Below, piece after piece: positions 6,137 to 14,404 of a stretch of DNA of 15,299 bases. This DNA comes from Armatimonadota bacterium (GTDB lineage Bacteria; Armatimonadota; UBA10988). The notes under the pieces are model-generated. The model worked only from the letters and a program-made list of their open reading frames with translations, had not been told where the DNA came from and made no database searches. A program made the translations under genes and the position numbers. The DNA is taken from NCBI GenBank assembly GCA_016235455.1, contig JACRKZ010000142.1:1-15299 (forward strand), read 5' to 3'. Position 1 is the first letter of the stretch. Every line of letters begins with the position of its first letter.

Positions 6137-7375
6137 ATGGCAGACACCCTCTCCACCCATGACCTCGACATCCTCCGGCGCCTCGCCGCGCGCAAGGCCG
6201 AGATCGCCCACGACCCCGTCAACGTCGAACGCCGCCGCGCCTGGCTGGCGCACGATGCCGGCGGCGACAGCCGGCCCATGGTGCTGGCCGAATCGGGCGG
6301 CGTCCGCGACGCCCAGCGGCCCCTGGTGCCCACGCTCGAATGCGCCGACGGCTGGGCCCGCGGCGTCGAAGCCGGCCTGCGCGGCGAGATCCTGCGCTTC
6401 GAGGAGCTGCGCGACGACCACGTGGTCGAGCCGGTGCTCAACGTCGGCTGGCACGTCGCCACCAGCGACTACGGCGTGCAGGCCGTGGTGCACCAGGGCG
6501 GCGATGCCCAGACCATGGGCTCGCGCTCGTGGGAGGCGCCCATCACCGACCTGGATCGCGACTTCCACCGACTGCGCCCGCGCACCTTCAGCGTCGACCG
6601 CGACGCCACGCTGGCGGCCAAGGCGCGGCTGGAGCGCGTGTTCGACGGCCTGCTGCCGGTGCGCCTGCGTGGCGGGTTCTACTGGACCATGGGCATGACC
6701 TGGGTGGCCATCGACCTGATCGGCCTCGAAGGCCTGATGCTGGCCATGTACGACAACCCCGCCGGCCTGCACCGGCTGATGGCCTTCCTGCGCGACGACC
6801 ACCTGGCCTTCTCCGCCTGGCTCGAAGCCGAGGGCCTGTATACGCTCAACAATGAGAACGACTACATCGGCTCGGGCTCCGAGGGTTACACCGCCGACCT
6901 GGCCGCCGACGGGCCAGCGCGCGCGCGCGACCTGTGGGTGCTGCTGGAGTCGCAGGAAACGGTCGGTGTCAGCCCCGCGCTGTTCGAGGAGTTCGTCTTC
7001 CCCTACCAACAGACCCTCGCCGAGCGCTTCGGCCGGGTCTACTACGGCTGTTGCGAGCCGGTCGACAGCCGCTGGCACATCCTGCGGCGCCTGCCCAACC
7101 TGGCGCGCCTGTCGGTCTCGCCCTGGTCCAACCAGGAGGCCATGGCCGAGCTGCTGGGCCGCGACTACGTCTTCTCGCGCAAGCCCAACCCGACGCTGAT
7201 CAGCACCGCCCGCTTCGACGAGGCCGCCATCCGCGCCGACCTGCGGCAGACGCTGGCCACCGCGCGCGGCTGCCGGCTCGAGATCATCATGAAGGACGTG
7301 CACACGCTGCACAACGAGCCGGGCCGGCTGGCGCGGTGGGTGGCGATGGCTCGCGAAGAGATAGATCGCGCGTAA
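6137..7375 (+). CDS. URO-D/methyltransferase-like TIM-barrel protein, function unknown
   Basis: GLEGLMLAMYDNP..LHRLM, SQETVGVSPALFEEFVFPYQ, YYGCCEP, SVSPW and SRKPNP resemble the uroporphyrinogen decarboxylase-like superfamily. Not recognisable as true HemE. Confidence 0.7.
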   Translation: MADTLSTHDLDILRRLAARKAEIAHDPVNVERRRAWLAHDAGGDSRPMVLAESGGVRDAQRPLVPTLECADGWARGVEAGLRGEILRFEELRDDHVVEPVLNVGWHVATSDYGVQAVVHQGGDAQTMGSRSWEAPITDLDRDFHRLRPRTFSVDRDATLAAKARLERVFDGLLPVRLRGGFYWTMGMTWVAIDLIGLEGLMLAMYDNPAGLHRLMAFLRDDHLAFSAWLEAEGLYTLNNENDYIGSGSEGYTADLAADGPARARDLWVLLESQETVGVSPALFEEFVFPYQQTLAERFGRVYYGCCEPVDSRWHILRRLPNLARLSVSPWSNQEAMAELLGRDYVFSRKPNPTLISTARFDEAAIRADLRQTLATARGCRLEIIMKDVHTLHNEPGRLARWVAMAREEIDRA

Positions 7376-7428
7376 TCCATGCAGGAACGCATGGACGGTG
7401 GGCGAATGCCGCACCGGAGATCGTTACC

Positions 7429-9438
7429 ATGCTCACCCCGACGCTCCTGGCGCTGCTCGCCCTGGCGCCGCTGAACCTGTTTGTCGCGCCGACCGGCCGC
7501 GACACCAACGCCGGCACCAAGGCCGCGCCGTTCGCCACCATCGAACGCGCGCGCGATGCCATCCGCGCGGCCAAGCCTGCCGATGGCGCCGAGGTGACCG
7601 TGGCCGCGGGTACCTACGAGTTGGCGCGGCCGCTGGCCTTCACCGCGCAGGATTCCGGCACCGCCGCCGCGCCGATCGTCTATCGCGGCGCACGCGGCAC
7701 CAGACTGCTGGGTGGCAAGCGGCTCGGGGGCTGGCGGCCCGTGACCGATGCCGCCGTGCTGGGGCGGCTGGATCCCGCGGCACGCGCCAAGGTGGTCGTG
7801 GCCGATCTGAAGGCGGCCGGCGTCACGGATCTGGCGGCGCCCGGCGGCTCGCCCGGCATGGAGCTGTTCTTCGGGGGCCGGGCCATGACCCTGGCTCGCT
7901 ACCCCAACGAGGGCTTCCTCAAGATTGTCTCGGCCGACGGCCCGACCAAGACCGAGCGCCAAGGGAGCAAGGAAGGCATCTTCACGACCGATAGCGACCG
8001 GCTGGAGCGCTGGTCCGCCGAGAAGGGCCTCATGGCACATGGCTACTGGTACTGGGACTGGGCCGACGCGCGCCAGGCCGTGGCCAGCATCGACGTCGCC
8101 GCCAAGCGCATCACCCTGGCCGAACCGTGGCACAACTACGGCTACCGGAAGGGCCAGTGGTTCTACGTGTTCAACGCTCTGTGCGAACTCGACCAGCCGG
8201 GCGAATGGTATGTCGACCGCGCCAACAGCCTGCTCTACTTCTGGCCGCCGACCGACCCGGCCGCCGCGGCCGCCGCGGCTGCCGGTGAAGCCATGGTCAC
8301 CGTGCAGCAGAACCTGGTCACGGCCGAAGGTCTGAAGCAGGTCAGCTTCGAGGACTTGACCTTCGAGGGCAGCCGCGGGCATGGCCTGGTGCTGAACAAC
8401 TGCGACGACGTGACGGTCAGCGGCTGCACCATTCGCAACCTGGGCTCGTGGGCCGTGTCGGCCAACGGCGGCCATCGCGTGAAGGTGCTCGGCTGCGATA
8501 TCACCGCCACGGGCGACGGCGGCGTGTCGCTCAACGGCGGCGACCGCGCCACGCTTACGCGCGGCGACCACCTGGTGGACAACTGCCACATCTGGGCGTA
8601 TAGCCGCTGGAACCGCATGTACAAGCCGGCGGTGCAGCTCAACGGCGTGGGCAACAAGGCCTCGCACTGCCTCATCCACGATGCGCCGCACATGGCCATC
8701 GGCTTCGGCGGCAACGACCAGACCATCGAGTTCTGCGAGATCCACAGCGTCTGCTACGAATCCAACGACGCGGGCGCCATCTACACCGGCCGCAACTGGT
8801 CCATGCGCGGCAACGTGGTGCGCAACACCTACCTGCACCACATCTACGGCCACGAAGGCCGCGGCTGCATGGGCATCTACCTCGACGACAACTTCAGTTC
8901 GTGCGACATGATCGGCAACCTGTTCTACCAGGTGCCGCGCGCGGCGTTCGTCGGTGGTGGGCGCGACAACAACATCGCCAACAACGTCTTCGTCGACTGC
9001 ACGCCGGCCGTGGCCATCGATGCGCGCGGCCTGGGCTGGCGCGCCTATGGCAAGGACGACCTGACCGCCAAGCTCAAGGAGATGCCCTACACCACGCCGC
9101 TCTGGTCGACGCGCTACCCGACGCTGCCCGGCATGCTGGACGATGAGCCCATGGCGCCCAAGGGCAATCTGATCGCCCGCAACATCTGCGTCGGCGGCAA
9201 GTGGGACGGCTGCGAGGGCAAGGCCAAGCCGTACCTCAAGTTCGAGAACAACCTGCTCGACGCCGACCCGCAGTTCGTCGACGCGGCCAAGCTCGATTTC
9301 CGGCTCAAGCCCACCTCGCCGGCCTTCGCGCTGGGCTTCAAGGCGCTCCCCATTGACCAGATGGGCCTCTACGCCGATCCGGCGCGCGCGAGTTGGCCGG
9401 TAGTCAGCGAGCCCCGGCCCAAGCCGGCCAAGCCGTGA
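7429..9438 (+). CDS. Secreted right-handed parallel beta-helix protein, GH141-like putative glycoside hydrolase
   Basis: GGAG at 7416-7419 then MLTPTLLALLALAP (signal-like). FVAPTGRDTNAGTKAAPFATIERA, ARYPN, ELDQPGEWY, Asn/Cys-rich beta-helix repeats, DAGAIY and GIYLDD motifs. Confidence 0.8.
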   Translation: MLTPTLLALLALAPLNLFVAPTGRDTNAGTKAAPFATIERARDAIRAAKPADGAEVTVAAGTYELARPLAFTAQDSGTAAAPIVYRGARGTRLLGGKRLGGWRPVTDAAVLGRLDPAARAKVVVADLKAAGVTDLAAPGGSPGMELFFGGRAMTLARYPNEGFLKIVSADGPTKTERQGSKEGIFTTDSDRLERWSAEKGLMAHGYWYWDWADARQAVASIDVAAKRITLAEPWHNYGYRKGQWFYVFNALCELDQPGEWYVDRANSLLYFWPPTDPAAAAAAAAGEAMVTVQQNLVTAEGLKQVSFEDLTFEGSRGHGLVLNNCDDVTVSGCTIRNLGSWAVSANGGHRVKVLGCDITATGDGGVSLNGGDRATLTRGDHLVDNCHIWAYSRWNRMYKPAVQLNGVGNKASHCLIHDAPHMAIGFGGNDQTIEFCEIHSVCYESNDAGAIYTGRNWSMRGNVVRNTYLHHIYGHEGRGCMGIYLDDNFSSCDMIGNLFYQVPRAAFVGGGRDNNIANNVFVDCTPAVAIDARGLGWRAYGKDDLTAKLKEMPYTTPLWSTRYPTLPGMLDDEPMAPKGNLIARNICVGGKWDGCEGKAKPYLKFENNLLDADPQFVDAAKLDFRLKPTSPAFALGFKALPIDQMGLYADPARASWPVVSEPRPKPAKP

Positions 9439-9452
9439 GCTGAGCCCCAGTA

Positions 9453-9530
9453 GATCCACAGATGACGCAGATTACACAGATCAGGTCGGTCCAGTCGCTC
9501 CATCTGTGTAATCTGCGTCATCTGTGGATC
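9453..9530. repeat. Perfect 29-bp inverted repeat between convergent genes (REP-like; possible bidirectional terminator)
   Basis: GATCCACAGATGACGCAGATTACACAGAT (9453-9481), 20-nt spacer, exact reverse complement at 9502-9530. Confidence 0.9.
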
Positions 9531-9535
9531 AAGGA

Positions 9536-9967
9536 CTACTCGCTCCCGCAGTCGCCGCTCGGCACCTCGTCGGTGGGTTCGCCGAACTGGACCGCAAACC
9601 CGTCCGGGTCGAAGACGTGGGTGTCCTTCATGCCGTAGAACCTGGCTTCCGGCGCCGGCACGTCGAGGCCACGGGCGACCAGGTCGGCATGGAGCGCCGC
9701 GATGTCGTCGGTGTAGATGTACAGCCCGGCATCGCGGTGGCCATCGGGCGCGCGCTGCAGCGGGATGTCGTTGCCCTCGGCATCGTGGTCGTGGCCGGCG
9801 TGCAGCATGATGTGCTGGCCATCGCGCTCGATGTTGGCCCAGAACGCCGGGCCGTCGTCATGGGCCATGCGGCCGGTCTGGGTGAAGCCGAGCTTGTCGA
9901 CATAGAAGGCCAGGCTGCGGTCGACATCGGCGACGGATAGCATGGCGGTGATGGTCTTGACGCTCAT
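9536..9967 (-). CDS. VOC family (glyoxalase/bleomycin-resistance) protein
   Basis: LSVADVDRSLAFYVDKLGF ... FYGMKDTHVFDPDG; GAGGAA upstream of ATG 9967. Confidence 0.9.
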   Translation of the reverse strand: MSVKTITAMLSVADVDRSLAFYVDKLGFTQTGRMAHDDGPAFWANIERDGQHIMLHAGHDHDAEGNDIPLQRAPDGHRDAGLYIYTDDIAALHADLVARGLDVPAPEARFYGMKDTHVFDPDGFAVQFGEPTDEVPSGDCGSE

Positions 9968-10007
9968 GGTGGTTTCCTCGCCCATCAGGGTGGGTCAGGG
10001 TGCTTTC

Positions 10008-11063
10008 TCAGGCAAGGACGCTGCGCGGTGCCACCGCCCGACCCTCACGCGCCGACTGATAGATCGCCTCGATGATCGACACCGAGCGGATCCCCGACCA
10101 GCCCGGCCCCACCGGCTCGGCGCCGTCGCGGACCACCGCCACCATGTCGGCCACGGCGCCCGCCGGCACCGTCGGCAGCGTCAGTTCGGGCTCATACGGG
10201 CCGGCGTCGCCGCCGTCCACCGCGCCGGTCTGGGGATTCCAGGCAGCCGCCCGCTGCGCGGGCTCTTGGAACTCCCAGCGCAGCAGATGCTCCAGGTCGA
10301 AGCCGACCGCGCCCTGTGTTCCGTGGATCTCGACCAGGTCGTGCTGCCGGCCGGGGTAGGCCGTGGTGGTGTGGATGAGGCCCTCGGCGCCGTTGCTAAA
10401 GCGGATCAGGGCGTTGGTCATGTCTTCCGTCTCGCAGTTGACATGGGCGTGGACGCCGCTGTAGGCGAAGACCTCGGTCACGTCGCCCAGCACATACGTC
10501 AGCGCGTCGACGAAGTGCACCGCCTGGTTCATCACCGAGCCGCCGCCGTCCAGCTCCCAGGTGCCGTGCCAGCCCTCGTAGTAGTCCTCGCCACGCCACC
10601 ACTTGAGCTTCACCTCGCCAAACAGCGGCCGGCCCAGCGCGCCTTGCGCCATGGCCGCACGAGCGCGCTGGAGCGCGCTCGTGTAGCGCATCTGGAAGTC
10701 GACCAGCAGCGTGATGCCGCACTCGTCGCAGACGCGGCAGAACTCGACGGCGCGGTCGACCGTGATGTCGATGGGCTTGGTGCTGATGACGTGCTTGCCC
10801 GCGCGGGCCGCGGCCATGCCCATCTTGGCGTGGTTGCCGGTTTCGGTCATCACGTAGACCACGTCGATGTCGTCGGCGTGGGCCAGCAGGTCGTCGAAGC
10901 TGTCGTGGGCGCGGCAGCGCCACTTGGTCTCGGCCTTGCGGCGCCGGTCGGGCTGCAGGTCGGCCACGGCCACGAGTTGCGCGCCGGGCGTGTCCACCAC
11001 CTGTTGCGCGCGCACCATGCCCATGCCCAGGCCTACCACCGCGAAACGCAGGTCATCCATCAT
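10008..11063 (-). CDS. Gfo/Idh/MocA family NAD(P)-dependent oxidoreductase
   Basis: LRFAVVGLGMG Rossmann start, AGKHVISTKP, FQMRY, GGGSVMNQAVHFVD, ETED. Start overlaps the upstream stop (TGATG). Confidence 0.9.
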   Translation of the reverse strand: MMDDLRFAVVGLGMGMVRAQQVVDTPGAQLVAVADLQPDRRRKAETKWRCRAHDSFDDLLAHADDIDVVYVMTETGNHAKMGMAAARAGKHVISTKPIDITVDRAVEFCRVCDECGITLLVDFQMRYTSALQRARAAMAQGALGRPLFGEVKLKWWRGEDYYEGWHGTWELDGGGSVMNQAVHFVDALTYVLGDVTEVFAYSGVHAHVNCETEDMTNALIRFSNGAEGLIHTTTAYPGRQHDLVEIHGTQGAVGFDLEHLLRWEFQEPAQRAAAWNPQTGAVDGGDAGPYEPELTLPTVPAGAVADMVAVVRDGAEPVGPGWSGIRSVSIIEAIYQSAREGRAVAPRSVLA

Positions 11064-13123
11064 CAGCCTCCCGCCACTGCCGTCACACTGCCGTCCGCCG
11101 CGGCCACCACCACCGTGCCGTCCTCGGCCACCGCGGCGCCGGGCACATAGTAGCCGGGGCACACGCGGTACTGCCAGCGCAGCTTGCCATCGGCCGCCGA
11201 CACCGCCGAGACCAGGCCGGTGTTGCTGGTCACCGCGACCAGCCCGTGGCCCTCGGCGGGCGCCGAGGGCAGGCTGCCCGCGGGCACCGCACAGCGCCAG
11301 ACGACCTTGCCGTCGCGGTCCAGCCGGGCCAGGGCCGGGCCTTCCTTGTCCGTCAGCTTGGCCCACACGCCCGTGCCGTCGGCGGCCGGGCTGGTCGACA
11401 CGACGCCCGGCCGCGTGCCGATGCGCGCGCCGGTGGCCGCGTCGACGATGGTCAGGTCATAGTGCCGATCGGCGCAGAAGACGCGGTCGCCCAGCACCGT
11501 CGGGCCGGCGTCGGCGGGGCTGTAGTACTTGGCCGCCGGTCGGTTGGTCGAGCCCTCGCACACGGCCTTCCACAGCTCGGCACCGTCCGCGGCATTGAGG
11601 CCGCGGATGAACGTGTCCCAGGCGCCGAGGAACAGCCGGCCGCCGGAGGCGGCAATCGGCGACTCGATGCTGTAGTCGGCCACGGGCCGGTGCCAGACCG
11701 GCTTGCCGTCGAGCCCGACGCAGTGCACGGAGCCGTCGGCCGCGCCGATGACCAGGCGGTCGGCGGCGAGCGTCGGTGTGGCGGTCAACGGCGCGTTGGC
11801 ATCGTAGCGCCAGGCGATAGCGCCGGCCGGGTCCAAGGCGACCAGCAGGCCGGTGGTGGTGGGCACGATGACGCGTCCGCCGGCGAGCAGCGGGCCGCCG
11901 ATGACCTCGCCCGGCAGACGCGTCTGCCACAGCGTGCGGCCGGTGGCCAGATCAAGCGCGCTGACCTGACCGCCGAGCGAGGCCACATAGACCCGCCCAG
12001 GCGCCATCGCCGGCACGGCGCGGAACGAGCCGCCCGGCAGCGCGCGCCATCGCGCCCCGGCCGCGCCGGGCACATGCACCAGCAGGTCGGCGCTGGCCAG
12101 ACAGACGCGGTCGCCGATCTTGGCCTCGGCGCGCAGCAGGTGCTGGCCCGGTTCGGCGTCGGCCAGAGGAATGATCGCCTGCCCGGCGTCGTTGACCGGC
12201 ACCGGCTTGCCGCCATCGAGCGCCACCGTGCCCGCGGTGAGCCCGCCCGGCACGGTCAGTGTCACCCGGACGGCATTGCCCTCGACCCGCCCCTCAACCC
12301 GCGCCGCGGGCAGCGGCGGCCGGGCCGTCAAGGGCTTCTCGATGAGCAGTTGCTCGGTGGCCAGGTCGGTGTTCCGATGGTAGGCGGCGCGCAGGATGCC
12401 GCCCTTGATGCTGATCACATTGAAGCCAGCGTTGCCCGCCGAGGCCGGTTTGGCGCCATTGTCGAACGTCGAGCCGCCTTCGACCGCGTCGTAGTCACCG
12501 AACTTCAGCCGCGCCGCGGCGTGGCCGTGGCCGACCAGCATGAGCGCGATGTTGTAGGGCTGGAGGCGGGTAAGCAGCCGTTCGTAGTCCGCCGGGCTCG
12601 CCCACTCGCTGCCCGACAGGGGGTGGTGGAAGGCCAGGATGACCGGCATCCCCGGCTGCAGTTTGGCCAGATCGGCCGAGAGCCAGTCGAGTTCCTCGAG
12701 GCTGAACCCGGGCCGCGGGTCGCCACGACCAGCCGAGTCGAGCCCGGCGAAATGCACGCCGCCGTGATCGAAGCTCCAGGGCAGGCCGCCGGGCAGTTCC
12801 TGCAGCGCGGGCCGCAGCAGCCACCAGGTGTTGTCGTGGTTGCCCGGCACAAAGCGGATGGGCACGGGCCAGCCGCTGAACCACTTGCTGAACGTGGCCC
12901 AGCCTTCGCCCTGGCCGAACTCGGTCAGGTCGCCGGTGACGATGGCGAAGGCGGGCGGCGGCGTGTTGGGCAGTCCCTGCCCAACACGTTGGCGCGCGGC
13001 GCCGATGACCACGCCGCTGGCAGAGAGTGGGGCATGCGTGTCGCTGAACTGCCAGAAGGCGAAGTCATCAACGCCCAGCGCCAGCGCGGGCGCCAGTCCG
13101 AGTAGCAGCAGCCAACGGCGCAT
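11063..13123 (-). CDS. Secreted calcineurin-like metallophosphoesterase fused to PQQ-like (BamB-type) beta-propeller repeats
   Basis: Signal-like MRRWLLLLGLAPALALG; motifs DTH, GDLTE, GNHD, HHP, GHGH; C-terminal A(L/V)DxxxGxxxW repeats. Confidence 0.88.
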   Translation of the reverse strand: MRRWLLLLGLAPALALGVDDFAFWQFSDTHAPLSASGVVIGAARQRVGQGLPNTPPPAFAIVTGDLTEFGQGEGWATFSKWFSGWPVPIRFVPGNHDNTWWLLRPALQELPGGLPWSFDHGGVHFAGLDSAGRGDPRPGFSLEELDWLSADLAKLQPGMPVILAFHHPLSGSEWASPADYERLLTRLQPYNIALMLVGHGHAAARLKFGDYDAVEGGSTFDNGAKPASAGNAGFNVISIKGGILRAAYHRNTDLATEQLLIEKPLTARPPLPAARVEGRVEGNAVRVTLTVPGGLTAGTVALDGGKPVPVNDAGQAIIPLADAEPGQHLLRAEAKIGDRVCLASADLLVHVPGAAGARWRALPGGSFRAVPAMAPGRVYVASLGGQVSALDLATGRTLWQTRLPGEVIGGPLLAGGRVIVPTTTGLLVALDPAGAIAWRYDANAPLTATPTLAADRLVIGAADGSVHCVGLDGKPVWHRPVADYSIESPIAASGGRLFLGAWDTFIRGLNAADGAELWKAVCEGSTNRPAAKYYSPADAGPTVLGDRVFCADRHYDLTIVDAATGARIGTRPGVVSTSPAADGTGVWAKLTDKEGPALARLDRDGKVVWRCAVPAGSLPSAPAEGHGLVAVTSNTGLVSAVSAADGKLRWQYRVCPGYYVPGAAVAEDGTVVVAAADGSVTAVAGG

Positions 13124-13143
13124 GGATCGTGCTCCCATCGGGT

Positions 13144-14112
13144 CTACCGTTCGACGCGCACGCGGAATCCCTCGTCGGTACGGCGCTCGATGACCACTTT
13201 GGCGCGGTGCTCGGTGTCGTCGAGCACGGTGCCGTCGAACCACAGCGCGCTGTACAGCACCTCGAACAGGCGCTTCCAGGCGGGATTGCCGTCGTCGGGC
13301 CGGGCCGGGAGCACGCGGATCGGCCCTTCGCCGCGGGCGGTCTCGGACGACACGCGGTACAGCAGCAGCCCCAGCGGGTCATCGTCGCCCACGCCGTGGC
13401 GCCGTGCCTCGACCACATAGGCCTCGTGCGCGCCGATGGGCAACACCACGGCCTTGGTGCCGTCGGCGGTCTCGACCGAGGTCAGGTCGACACTGCCCGA
13501 GCCCTCGCGCAGCACCACCGCCTGGTCCTCGCGCAGCCAGCCCAGCTTGATCTTGTGCCAGACCAGATGGTGGCAGCCGGGCATCTGCAGGCCCATCGGG
13601 TCCCACGCGCCCGAGGCGCGATGCCAATTGGTCTTCTCGTAGAGGTACAGGTCAGGCAGCCCGAACAGATGACCCGTCTCATGCACCAGCGTCTGCCAAC
13701 CCCAGTCGCGCCCGCGGATGTCGTTGCCGAAGGTCACCGCGAAACGAATCTCCCGGCCATCGGCCCGGACGCCCTCCCCCGCGGGGCACAGCAGCGTCGG
13801 CGAGTTCGGCACGCCCGGCGCACGGGAGCCGACGACATACACGACGTCATAGTCGGATAAATCGACCTCATTGTCGACTTTTCCGATGATCTCGGCCACG
13901 TAGCGCCGGTGGGTGTCGAAGCGGGAGCAGTCGTAGTCGCCGGAGGTCGACGTGCGGTCGGTGGGCAGCCAACGGTCGACGCGGTCAACCTTCAGAGTGA
14001 GCCGGCCATAGGAGGCGCGGCGGTAGTAGTCGAGCGCGCCGGGCACGAGGCGGTCGTAGAGCGACTGCGTGGTCTCCTCGACGGTGGTGTCGGGGAAGTG
14101 GGCAAAGAGCAT
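13144..14112 (-). CDS. M6-like (immune inhibitor A-type) zinc metalloprotease; 5' end possibly frameshifted or truncated
   Basis: MLFAHFPD, YYRRASYGRL, HETGHLFGLPDLY (HEXXH), WDPMG, WHKIKLGWL, YVVEAR. No signal peptide in frame. Confidence 0.8.
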   Translation of the reverse strand: MLFAHFPDTTVEETTQSLYDRLVPGALDYYRRASYGRLTLKVDRVDRWLPTDRTSTSGDYDCSRFDTHRRYVAEIIGKVDNEVDLSDYDVVYVVGSRAPGVPNSPTLLCPAGEGVRADGREIRFAVTFGNDIRGRDWGWQTLVHETGHLFGLPDLYLYEKTNWHRASGAWDPMGLQMPGCHHLVWHKIKLGWLREDQAVVLREGSGSVDLTSVETADGTKAVVLPIGAHEAYVVEARRHGVGDDDPLGLLLYRVSSETARGEGPIRVLPARPDDGNPAWKRLFEVLYSALWFDGTVLDDTEHRAKVVIERRTDEGFRVRVER

Positions 14113-14191
14113 GAGCCAGAACTGCCGACGCGGGCATGGCGGTCTCCGGCAGGTGGGTTCGGTGCGGCGGGCGCGAGTCCTGTCGGCTCTG

Positions 14192-14281
14192 GTGGCACCG
14201 GCGTCCCCGCCGGTAGGCGCGGGGTGGCTGGTGCTCGCGCGCGCGGAGCTGGTCGGTCCACCGGCAAGATGCCGGTGCCAC
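14192..14281. repeat. Inverted pair of REP-like elements
   Basis: GTGGCACCGGCGTCCCCGCCGGT (14192-14214) and, on the - strand, GTGGCACCGGCATCTTGCCGGT (14281-14260); each is a short leader plus a hairpin. Confidence 0.75.
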
Positions 14282-14325
14282 GTTGGGGCGATGGCCCTTC
14301 GAGGACCAACCACGACCGACTGAGC

Positions 14326-14401
14326 AGTTACCGGACTACACGGATGCCCGGCCCGTCCGGCCGCGACATCTGCGTCATCTGCTGATATTCAGTGGGGCTC
14401 A
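14326..14401 (-). repeat. Degenerate copy of the 9441-9530 element
   Basis: Minus strand reads TGAGCCCCA...CAGATGACGCAGAT-(22 nt)-ATCCGTGTAGTCCG. ATCTGCGTCATCTG at 14368-14381 is identical to 9511-9524. Confidence 0.6.
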
Positions 14402-14404
14402 ACA

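Noticed and set aside
6137-7375. Assigning the symbol hemE
   Set aside because: Lacks the N-terminal RQAGR motif of true uroporphyrinogen decarboxylase.
6934-7428. 165-aa N-terminal extension of the beta-helix ORF
   Set aside because: It overlaps the URO-D-like gene in another frame; the RBS and signal-like peptide begin at 7429.
5195-13105. Long antisense or alternate-frame ORFs (5195-6106, 6110-7414, 7165-9459, 9942-11150, 11246-13105)
   Set aside because: Shadow ORFs of well-supported genes, expected from high-GC codon bias; no recognisable motifs.
14113-14313. Upstream extension of the protease ORF and ORFs 13992..14309 and 13909..14385
   Set aside because: They run through REP-like palindromes and give low-complexity Pro/Arg/Ala translations.
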